44,358 nt of DNA from an uncultured Chryseolinea sp. (lineage in GTDB: Bacteria; Bacteroidota; Bacteroidia; Cytophagales; Cyclobacteriaceae). Below the pieces are notes generated by a model that did not search any database, was not told the origin of the DNA, and saw nothing but the letters and a program-made list of their open reading frames with translations. Where the stretch lies: the NCBI GenBank assembly GCA_966211885.1, contig CBIHQM010000001.1, positions 1 to 44,358 of the forward strand. Direction: 5' to 3'. Shown piece by piece: positions 1 through 7,424 of this stretch (positions are counted from its first letter, which is position 1; every line of letters starts with the position of its first letter). A program made the position numbers and the translations under genes.

Positions 1-915
1 GTGCGGAAAAATTTCTGGGCAGAAACGGTGACGGAGCGCCGCCAGCGACTCATGCCTTTTTTCTGGTCGGTGATTGCGAAAAAGGGGCAGTTGTATGGCA
101 ACCGGGAATACGGCAACCAGGTGAACTGTTCCAATGGCATGTGGTTTTCTTACCCGGGATATAACGAGATCCTCTGTGGCTTTTCAGATGACGCCCGTAT
201 TCACAGCAACGACAAACTGGAAAATCCCAACGTCACCGTGCTGGAGTTTTTGAATAAGCAGCCGGCGTTCAAAGGGAAAGTGGCGGCCTTTGGCTCGTGG
301 GATGTGTTTCCTTTTATCATACATGAAAAGCGAAGCGGCATTCCGGTCAATGCGGGTTATGCGCCGGCTACCGGGACAAATCTTTCTGAGCGCGAGAAAT
401 TTTTGAACGTGTTGCAAACGGAACTGCCCCGGCCCTGGAGCGAGGTTAGGATGGACGGCTTCACGCATCACTACGCCCTGGAATATATCGCCAAACAGAA
501 ACCGCGCGTCGTGTTCATCTCGTTTGGCGAAACGGACGACTTTGCCCACGGCGGCAAATATGACGCTTACCTCACGTCGGCTCATCAAACCGATAAATTT
601 ATAGAACAGCTCTGGAACAAACTTCAGTCGCAACCCGAGTACAAAGACAAAACCACCCTGATCATCACCACCGATCATGGACGCGGCACGGAACCGTTGG
701 ACAATTGGCGCAGTCATGGAACAAAGGTGGGTGGATCGGATCAGATATGGTTCGCTGTGTTGGGACCCGACACACCCGCGAAAGGGGAAATGAAAGAGGC
801 TGGTCAATACTATCAAAACCAAGTTGCGAAAACCGCCGCAACACTTTTGGGTGTGACCTATGAAAATGAAAAGAAACCCGGCGAGGCCATAACGCCTGCG
901 CTTCCCGCCAAATGA
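1..915 (+). CDS. Alkaline-phosphatase-superfamily metalloenzyme (phosphoglyceromutase-like annotation), 5'-truncated by the window edge
   Basis: Open frame from base 1. Motifs FSYPGYNE, ETDDFAHGG and IITTDHGRG are AP-superfamily metal-ligand patterns. It is a paralogue of 2686..3723 but lacks that protein's N-terminal ITLDG motif, so the true start lies upstream. Confidence 0.8.
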   Translation: MRKNFWAETVTERRQRLMPFFWSVIAKKGQLYGNREYGNQVNCSNGMWFSYPGYNEILCGFSDDARIHSNDKLENPNVTVLEFLNKQPAFKGKVAAFGSWDVFPFIIHEKRSGIPVNAGYAPATGTNLSEREKFLNVLQTELPRPWSEVRMDGFTHHYALEYIAKQKPRVVFISFGETDDFAHGGKYDAYLTSAHQTDKFIEQLWNKLQSQPEYKDKTTLIITTDHGRGTEPLDNWRSHGTKVGGSDQIWFAVLGPDTPAKGEMKEAGQYYQNQVAKTAATLLGVTYENEKKPGEAITPALPAK

Positions 916-2654
916 GAAGACTGATTTTTCTTTCGGCCGTGGTGATGATGGCTTGCGGCGGCGAACACGAAAATGTTACAGCAACCTATAAACCATACCA
1001 TGCGCTTTTCGCACCCGACGATGATGTGAAACGACAGCAACTTGTCGCGGCGTTTGAGAAATTGGATGCTCCGTCATTGCCGGCAATGGCGACATTCGAC
1101 AGTGGATGGGTCTACCTGCAGGGCGATCCGAAGGAGGGCTTGCAAACCAGTTGCAAAAAAGTGAACGGCATTGGCATCGATCTTCCCCATCGTCTGACGT
1201 TGCCCAACACGCCGATGTGGTACGCGAAGGCGATCGATCTGAGCGCACCCGGTGTCCTCACCATTCGCGCCGACGACGGAGCGCAACTCTATATTAATGG
1301 GAAGCCCATACCGCGGCTGCACAACAACAATTTTCCAGTCGACACCGTCGGCCACCTGGCCATTACCATCCGCGTGCTGAACAACGCCATGGCCGGCGGG
1401 TTGCGGCACGTATCGTTTTCCACACGGGAACAATACAAACTATTCAATGAACAGTCTGCACTGCAAATCCGCCGGAAGCGTTTAATGGAAAAAGTACGGC
1501 TGCTGGCCGTGCCGGTGGAAGGCATGTTTGAAAAAATGGAGCAGGCCATCCAGCAAAATGATGAAGCCTCATGGACTGCGGCCGAAGTGATCTTAAAATC
1601 GTATCCTTATTTCACCGGTCCATGGTTGCAATTGAACGACGCGAAGCGTATGACCCTATCGTTGGAATTGGATGGTGATTTGCCGGTGGAGTTGCGCCTG
1701 CAATTGAAGGGCGATCGTTGGCAGGAGCCGGTGATTCAGAAAGGAAAGAAAGTATCCTTTGTCCTCGAGAACCTGTTGCCCGATACGGCCTATTCCTACG
1801 CCTTGACATCCGGCAAGACGCAGTCCTCTCTTCTCACTTTCCGTACACCGTCTGCTGATCGCCCGTTCAGCTTTAATGTTTGGGCCGATAGCCAATCGGG
1901 TATTGAAAATTTTCAACAAAATGTGAGCAACCTCTCCGGCTACGACGATGCCTTTGGGGTTGGGGTGGGCGATCTGGTGAGCAATGGGGCGACGGCGGAA
2001 GAGTGGCGGATGTTTTTCAACGTGCTCGGCGCGTCGGCAGCCGAAAGACCTTATTTCCTGGTGCCCGGCAATCACGACTATGATGGCTACTACGACGACC
2101 TGCAACCCGAACAATACAAACACTATCTTCCCCACACGCCACAAAATTATTTTAGTTGGCGCTATGGCATGTGTGCCTTTATTGCGCTGGATCCAAACGA
2201 AAGATTCCCGATAGACGTTCCGGCGTCATCCCGGCAATACCAGTGGTTTCGTGAACAACTGGAATCCGATATGTGGAAGACCGCCACCTGGCATTTTGTT
2301 TTTCTTCATCAACCGCCCTACTCGCAGGGGTGGGCTGGATACGAGGGCGATGAAACGATCCGGCAGTTACTCGAACCGCTCATCGAATCTTCGGCCATTG
2401 ATTTCGTCGTCGCCGGTCACACACACGACTACGAGCGTCTCACAAAAATGTATGGCCATCAGCAAACTACGTTTTTGATTGTGGGAGGTGCCGGTGGTTC
2501 GCTGGAGCCTGCAGAGTCTTCCGCCACGCCGCAGATGGATACGGTGCTGAAGGTGCACCATATGGGAAGGTTTTATATTACCGGAAGGTCGTTGCGTTTT
2601 GAGGCGATCGATATTTCCAAAAAAGTGGTGGATAGTTTTCAGCGGACCAAGTAG
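912..2654 (+). CDS. Lipoprotein metallophosphoesterase (purple acid phosphatase-like) with N-terminal beta-sandwich and FN3-like domains
   Basis: Lipobox-like MMAC. Calcineurin-like motifs ADSQ, GDLV, GNHD, HQPPY and GHTHDYER. N-terminal ADDGAQLYING jelly-roll-type segment. ATGA overlap with the upstream stop. Confidence 0.85.
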   Translation: MRRLIFLSAVVMMACGGEHENVTATYKPYHALFAPDDDVKRQQLVAAFEKLDAPSLPAMATFDSGWVYLQGDPKEGLQTSCKKVNGIGIDLPHRLTLPNTPMWYAKAIDLSAPGVLTIRADDGAQLYINGKPIPRLHNNNFPVDTVGHLAITIRVLNNAMAGGLRHVSFSTREQYKLFNEQSALQIRRKRLMEKVRLLAVPVEGMFEKMEQAIQQNDEASWTAAEVILKSYPYFTGPWLQLNDAKRMTLSLELDGDLPVELRLQLKGDRWQEPVIQKGKKVSFVLENLLPDTAYSYALTSGKTQSSLLTFRTPSADRPFSFNVWADSQSGIENFQQNVSNLSGYDDAFGVGVGDLVSNGATAEEWRMFFNVLGASAAERPYFLVPGNHDYDGYYDDLQPEQYKHYLPHTPQNYFSWRYGMCAFIALDPNERFPIDVPASSRQYQWFREQLESDMWKTATWHFVFLHQPPYSQGWAGYEGDETIRQLLEPLIESSAIDFVVAGHTHDYERLTKMYGHQQTTFLIVGGAGGSLEPAESSATPQMDTVLKVHHMGRFYITGRSLRFEAIDISKKVVDSFQRTK

Positions 2655-2685
2655 AGGCTGCAGAGCACCATGATGTAAGACAATT

Positions 2686-3723
2686 TTACCTTCCTGTATA
2701 TACCGGATACACAACCGTTCCTGCAACGGCTGGTGCTACCCGGTGCGCCGGCGAGAAGTCAACACCAAGAATGTTGGCCATGGTTTGCGCCAGTTGCTTT
2801 TGGTAGTGGCGTGTTTCGGTCCTGATCTCTCCCAGTGGCGGCGTGTCAGGTCCCATCAGTGCGAACCATGTCTGCCCGGAACCTGGAGTAAAGGTGCCAT
2901 GTCTGACCCAGGATGAACGTGAACTTTTTCCACGACCGTGGTCGGTGGTGATGAGCAACGATGTTTTCTCCCGGTAATCTTCCTGCGACCTAGTCCAGGT
3001 CCAAAGGGCTGCGATCATGCGGTCGATGCGGTGCGCCGCCTGCAGGTATTGATCATAGTGTCCGCCATGGGCAAACGCATCCGTTGCGTCGAAACTGATG
3101 TAGAGCACCTTGGGATGGTCGCGTTTCAGATAGTCGAAGGCCTGGGCGAACGTGATGCTGTCGCGTGTGAACGCAGTGGTGTGGGAATGATCGTGGGGTG
3201 GATTTGTGGTGATGTGGTTTCGCCCGGCGCGCAAAATATACGGCACCGCATCCCACGTTGAAAAAACGCCCACCCGATCACGAAAGTCCGGCCGGGCCTG
3301 TACGGCTTCCAGAATGTTGCCGTTCGGATTTTCTTTTTTCTTATTCGACATCAGCGACTTGTCCACAAAACCGGTGAACAGTTCGCTGTAGCCGGGATAG
3401 GAAGCCCAATAGGGATTGGCGCAAATCACACGATTGTGGAACGCGCGGTTGCCATAGAGCTGGCCTTGGTTGGCCAGTACCTCCCAGAGGAAAGGCATTA
3501 ATTTCTCCCGGCGTTCTTCAGGGGAATCGTCCCAGAATGTCGTCGTATTGAAATCAGGGTGGCTATATCGGGTGTTGAAGAGCAGGGCGGAGTCGGCGCC
3601 GGCAAATACTTCCTGCCACCGGAAGCCGTCGAGGGTGATCACGATCAGATTTTCGGTTTTGCGCTGCTGGGCGGCGGCGGCGAAGACGATCTGGCAAAGA
3701 AAAAAAGTAACAAGTATTCGCAT
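2686..3723 (-). CDS. Exported alkaline-phosphatase-superfamily metalloenzyme, paralogue of 1..915
   Basis: Signal peptide MRILVTFFLCQIVFAAAA. Motifs ITLDGFRWQEVF, SYPGYSE, DAFAHGG and ITTDHGRG. The ATG at 3723 is preferred over the ORF-track start at 3729. Confidence 0.8.
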   Translation of the reverse strand: MRILVTFFLCQIVFAAAAQQRKTENLIVITLDGFRWQEVFAGADSALLFNTRYSHPDFNTTTFWDDSPEERREKLMPFLWEVLANQGQLYGNRAFHNRVICANPYWASYPGYSELFTGFVDKSLMSNKKKENPNGNILEAVQARPDFRDRVGVFSTWDAVPYILRAGRNHITTNPPHDHSHTTAFTRDSITFAQAFDYLKRDHPKVLYISFDATDAFAHGGHYDQYLQAAHRIDRMIAALWTWTRSQEDYREKTSLLITTDHGRGKSSRSSWVRHGTFTPGSGQTWFALMGPDTPPLGEIRTETRHYQKQLAQTMANILGVDFSPAHRVAPAVAGTVVYPVYTGR

Positions 3724-3809
3724 ATGCAAAGATCGGGTGATGAAATATTCTTATCGTTATGGGTGTGTTATGGTTTTGTGTCACGGATGGTGGTGAAGTA
3801 TTTAACGGA

Positions 3810-3817
3810 TAAGTTTG
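3810..3817 (+). promoter_or_regulatory. Bacteroidota sigma-A -7 element (TAAGTTTG) upstream of the acid/alkaline phosphatase pair
   Basis: Exact TAnnTTTG match about 140 nt upstream of 3960. No TTTG is present at the -33 position. Confidence 0.4.
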
Positions 3818-3959
3818 CCGTGTTGTTGAGGCGATCGATGGCGCGTCCGGCATGTCCGGCTACCATCCGGATATGAAATTTTGAATTTTGTAAAACTTCA
3901 TCTACGGTTGACAATCCGTAGGACGTGGATGATTACTTTTAAGGGAACATATTCTTAAC

Positions 3960-4928
3960 ATGAAAAACGTATACATAAAGCCCATCACCCTGTTGGTCGC
4001 GGCGACGCTCGTGATCTTTTCCCTGCAGGCCCAAACCGGCAAGGCAACCACCAGCCAAGTCCAGGTAAACCCGCAGGCGCTCAATTTTATTCTGATGGGC
4101 GACTGGGGGCGCGTGGGGGCCGATCACCAGAAAGAAGTGGCGACGCAAATGGGCAAGACCGCCGAAACGGCCGACGTGGATTTTGTCATTACCACGGGTG
4201 ACAATTTTTATCCGGAAGGGGTCGTCAGCGAATTTGACCCATTGTGGAGGTATTCCTTTGAAGAAATTTATACCGCCTTTTCGCTGCAACGCGATTGGCA
4301 CCCCGTGTTGGGCAACCACGACTATGGTTCCAACCCGGACGCGGAGGTGGCCTATTCGAAGATCAGCCGCCGGTGGCGCATGCCTGCGCGCTATTACACC
4401 GAGGTGTTCAATCTTGGCGGCGACACCACGCAGCAGGCGCTTTTTGTTTTCATAGACACCACGCCGTTGATCAAAGGCTACTATAAGGGCGATGGCCATA
4501 AGGTGCACGACCAGGACAGCACGGCGCAGGTGAAGTGGATCGAGCAAACGCTGGCCAAGGCATCTCCGAATGTGAAATGGAAATTTGTGGTGGGTCATCA
4601 TCCCATGTACACCGGCGGCAGTCGCACCGAAGGCAACGATACCCGCGCCATCCGCCGGATGCTGGAACCTGTTTTTGAAAAATATAAAGTAGATGCTTAC
4701 CTGGCGGGACACGAGCATAGCCTGCAACACATGGTGGCAACCAACGGACTGAACCATTTTATTTCGGGCGCCGCCTCGGAACATACGCCGGCGCGCTTGC
4801 TGCCCATCAGCAAATTCTCTAAATCGGAATATGGCTTTATGCTGGTTTCGCTCACCCGCGAGAAATTCCTGGTGCAGGTGATCGACTACAAAGGAACTCT
4901 TCTATACACAACTCAACTGGTAAAATGA
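3960..4928 (+). CDS. Tartrate-resistant acid phosphatase (ACP5/TRAP)-type metallophosphoesterase, exported
   Basis: Signal peptide plus GDWG, GDNFY, GNHD, GHHP and GHEH, the dinuclear-metal motifs of type-5 acid phosphatases. Confidence 0.88.
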   Translation: MKNVYIKPITLLVAATLVIFSLQAQTGKATTSQVQVNPQALNFILMGDWGRVGADHQKEVATQMGKTAETADVDFVITTGDNFYPEGVVSEFDPLWRYSFEEIYTAFSLQRDWHPVLGNHDYGSNPDAEVAYSKISRRWRMPARYYTEVFNLGGDTTQQALFVFIDTTPLIKGYYKGDGHKVHDQDSTAQVKWIEQTLAKASPNVKWKFVVGHHPMYTGGSRTEGNDTRAIRRMLEPVFEKYKVDAYLAGHEHSLQHMVATNGLNHFISGAASEHTPARLLPISKFSKSEYGFMLVSLTREKFLVQVIDYKGTLLYTTQLVK

Positions 4929-6760
4929 CAACAAGACAATTACTAAGAATTTGCGCGATAAGTTTTGCTGCCGTGAACGCATCGGCACAAGAATTTAATT
5001 CATCATCCATTTTTTCACACAACGACTACAAGAATCCAGTTCCTTTTTTTGCGGCCTATGACCGCCAGGTGGGATTTATAGAGGCCGACGTATTCCTGAA
5101 CAACGGCAAACTACTCGTGGCGCACGAAGCTGCGGAGCAAGACACCAGCAAGACCCTGCAAACGCTCTACCTGCGTCCATTGCAGGATAAAATAGTTCGT
5201 AATAAAGGCAATGCCTATGCCGACGCAGGGAAACCGTTAACGTTGATGATCGATCTGAAGACAGAAGGTGCAGCCACCTTGGATGCCTTGGTCAATAGTC
5301 TAAAAAAATATCCTTCCCTGACGGCTTGCCCCACGCTGCGCATCACCGTGAGTGGCGATATGCCCGCACCGCAGTTGTGGTCGCACTATCCCGAATTCAT
5401 TCACTTCGATGGCCGGCCCGGCGTCGCCTACACCGACGAACAATTGCGTCGTGTAGCGTTGGTGAGCGCGAGTTTTGGATCGTATAGCAAATGGAACGGA
5501 AAAGGAGTGATCGTACAACCGGAGCGCGACCAACTGAATGTGGTGATCAAGGACGCCCACAGCAAAGGCAAACCCATGCGCTTTTGGGGCACACCCGATT
5601 TTGTGAACGCGTGGATCAAGTTGATGGACTTGAAGATCGATGTCATCAATACGGACCATGCGCAGGAAGTTTCGGATTTCCTGATCCGTTTCCCGAAGAA
5701 TTCTTTTCGCAACGCTGAAGTGCACACGGTCTATACGCCTCAATATAACGTGAAGCGTTGGAAGAAAACGCCGAAGAACGTCATCCTCATCATCGGTGAC
5801 GGCACGGGTCTGGCCCAATGGTACAGCGGCTATACGGGCAATCATGGGCAGCTCAACATTTTTCAGCTCACCGACATCGGCTTCTCCGTGACCACTTCGG
5901 CGGACAACTACATCACCGACTCTGCTGCAGGGGCTACGGCTATGGCTACCGGCACCAAGACCAACAACCGCTACATTGGCGTGGACCCCAAAGGTGCGAG
6001 CCTGACTACCCTGGCTGAGAAATGCAAGCGCAATAATTTCAACGTGGCCATCATCTCCGATGGCGACATCACTGACGCCACGCCGGCTTCTTTCTATGCC
6101 CATCAAGACGAACGCAGCAAAAGCGAAGCCATCGCAAAAGATTTCACATCGAGTAATGTTGATATTCTCGTGGGAGGTGGAGAGAAGGCATTCCAAAATC
6201 GAAAAGACAATCAAAACCTGTTGACTGCGCTGGCATCGAAAAATTATACGGTGAGCACGTCTTTTTCGTCGATCGATACGGTGAAGTCAAATCGCTTTGT
6301 CATCCTGGAAGATGCTGCGGTGGTGTCGAAGATCAAGGGGCGTAAGGATTTTGTTTCGCGGTCGCTGACGAAGAGCCTGGCGCATCTTTCGGGGCAGCGG
6401 CAGCCTTTTTTTATGATGAGCGAAGGGGCCCAGATCGATTGGGGTGGTCATGATAATAATATGGAGTATGTGGTTAGGGAGGTACTCGACCTGGACCAGG
6501 CGGTAGGAGAGGCGATGAAGTTTGTGGATCAGAATAATGAGACGTTGCTCATCATTACGGCCGATCATGAGACGGGTGGGCTGTCGTTGTTGGACGGCAA
6601 TATTTCAGAGGGGTCTGTGCTGGGGAATTTTAGCACGAATGATCACACGGGGATCGCTGTGCCGGTGTTTTCTTATGGACCGGGTGCGGAGATGTTCAGG
6701 GGCGTTTATCAGAATACAGAGATCAGTAAGAAGATCGAGAAGTTGTTGTCGTTGCAATAG
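4925..6760 (+). CDS. Alkaline phosphatase (PhoA family) fused to an N-terminal PI-PLC/GDPD-like phosphodiesterase domain
   Basis: C-terminal half has IGDGTG, TDSAAGATAMATG (catalytic Ser), EGAQIDWGGH and TADHETGG. N-terminal half has SHNDY, IEADV, VAHE and LMIDLK, typical of PLC-like TIM barrels. Confidence 0.88.
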   Translation: MTTRQLLRICAISFAAVNASAQEFNSSSIFSHNDYKNPVPFFAAYDRQVGFIEADVFLNNGKLLVAHEAAEQDTSKTLQTLYLRPLQDKIVRNKGNAYADAGKPLTLMIDLKTEGAATLDALVNSLKKYPSLTACPTLRITVSGDMPAPQLWSHYPEFIHFDGRPGVAYTDEQLRRVALVSASFGSYSKWNGKGVIVQPERDQLNVVIKDAHSKGKPMRFWGTPDFVNAWIKLMDLKIDVINTDHAQEVSDFLIRFPKNSFRNAEVHTVYTPQYNVKRWKKTPKNVILIIGDGTGLAQWYSGYTGNHGQLNIFQLTDIGFSVTTSADNYITDSAAGATAMATGTKTNNRYIGVDPKGASLTTLAEKCKRNNFNVAIISDGDITDATPASFYAHQDERSKSEAIAKDFTSSNVDILVGGGEKAFQNRKDNQNLLTALASKNYTVSTSFSSIDTVKSNRFVILEDAAVVSKIKGRKDFVSRSLTKSLAHLSGQRQPFFMMSEGAQIDWGGHDNNMEYVVREVLDLDQAVGEAMKFVDQNNETLLIITADHETGGLSLLDGNISEGSVLGNFSTNDHTGIAVPVFSYGPGAEMFRGVYQNTEISKKIEKLLSLQ

Positions 6761-6785
6761 CGGCTTGCGCGATTTTTCTTGAACC

Positions 6786-6821
6786 GTCTCACCTTCGCTA
6801 AAGTTTCGGCGAGCGTGAGAC
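6786..6821. repeat. REP-like palindromic element (GTCTCAC…CTTCGCTAAAGTTTCGGCGAG…GTGAGAC)
   Basis: The 7-bp outer arms at 6786-6792 and 6815-6821 enclose a CTTCGCTAAAG.TTCGGCG core that resembles extragenic palindromes. Only one copy is in this window. Confidence 0.35.
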
Positions 6822-6826
6822 TCAAA

Positions 6827-6870
6827 GGAGACGCAAAGTTCTTGTAGAGAGCTTTGCGTCTTTTTTATTT
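6827..6870 (+). terminator. Rho-independent terminator of the phosphatase operon
   Basis: 14-bp stem AGACGCAAAGTTCT / AGAGCTTTGCGTCT (one G-U pair), 5-nt loop, followed by TTTTTATTT. Confidence 0.75.
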
Positions 6871-6943
6871 GAGGCTCTTTGAGGGCCATTCCGTGGCTTT
6901 GAATCGTTTGCGGAAGGGGGTGCTCAAATTTTTTTTGGGATAT

Positions 6944-6995
6944 TTTGGTTTTCAATATTATTTAATATTTCTTTGTCTATAGAATAAGTAGACAA
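6944..6995 (+). promoter_or_regulatory. Promoter (TTTG-N20-TTTCTTTG) with overlapping palindromic operator TTGTCTA-N9-TAGACAA
   Basis: Perfect 7-bp inverted repeat at 6973-6979 / 6989-6995 that overlaps a -7 box with one mismatch to TAnnTTTG. A near-identical site occurs at 25759. Confidence 0.65.
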
Positions 6996-7165
6996 TTCAA
7001 CGCCCACCAACATTGATTTGTCCGTAATCAATTCCCACCAGATTGATTTTATAGAAGCGAAGGGAGAGAACAGGAGCTCGACGATCTTCCGGCAATGTCC
7101 CCACCAAGAACATGCCATGACATCCTGAGGTAACATTTTTTTTAAGGGACTATAAAATCACTGCG

Positions 7166-7243
7166 ATGAAAACACGTAGGGCGTTTCCATGCTTTCCATC
7201 ACTCCATACCGGAACCAGCGGCAGCTGTTGTTGTTGCTGTTGA
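7166..7243 (+). CDS. Putative cysteine-sensing leader peptide MKTRRAFPCFPSLHTGTSGSCCCCC (25 aa)
   Basis: Translated by hand. It ends TGT TGT TGT TGC TGT TGA, has the only ATG in its frame since the TGA at 7118, and lies between the promoter and the first gene of the sulfur operon. Confidence 0.7.
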   Translation: MKTRRAFPCFPSLHTGTSGSCCCCC

Positions 7244-7424
7244 TTTTCTCTGAGGTATAACGCCTATACCGAGCGTGCCATCTGTTTTCGGATGGGCGAC
7301 ACTTAATCATCATACATACCTGGCTTCGGATGCACCCGTCTTAACGAGAGACTTGGTGGTATTTCATTACGCGTGGGTGCATTCCGTCGCCGCCAATTCA
7401 CAAATCATTAAAAACACTCCACCA

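Noticed and set aside
3902..3921. Palindrome CTACGG-N8-CCGTAG as a third copy of the sulfur operator
   Set aside because: The arms and spacing differ from TTGTCTA-N9-TAGACAA and it lies in the phosphatase leader. It could be a small hairpin but is unsupported.
7001..7070. SAM-II or other SAM riboswitch (TGATTTGTCCG resembles the SAM-II loop)
   Set aside because: The required downstream TTGCA and GCTAAA pseudoknot elements are not visible, and no SAM-I core was found. A cmscan would be decisive.
7275..7424. ORF-track N-terminal extensions (also 16558, 22787, 28486, 29357, 34058, 40391)
   Set aside because: Downstream starts give clean signal peptides or domain starts, and the extensions run through structured intergenic RNA or overlap upstream genes.
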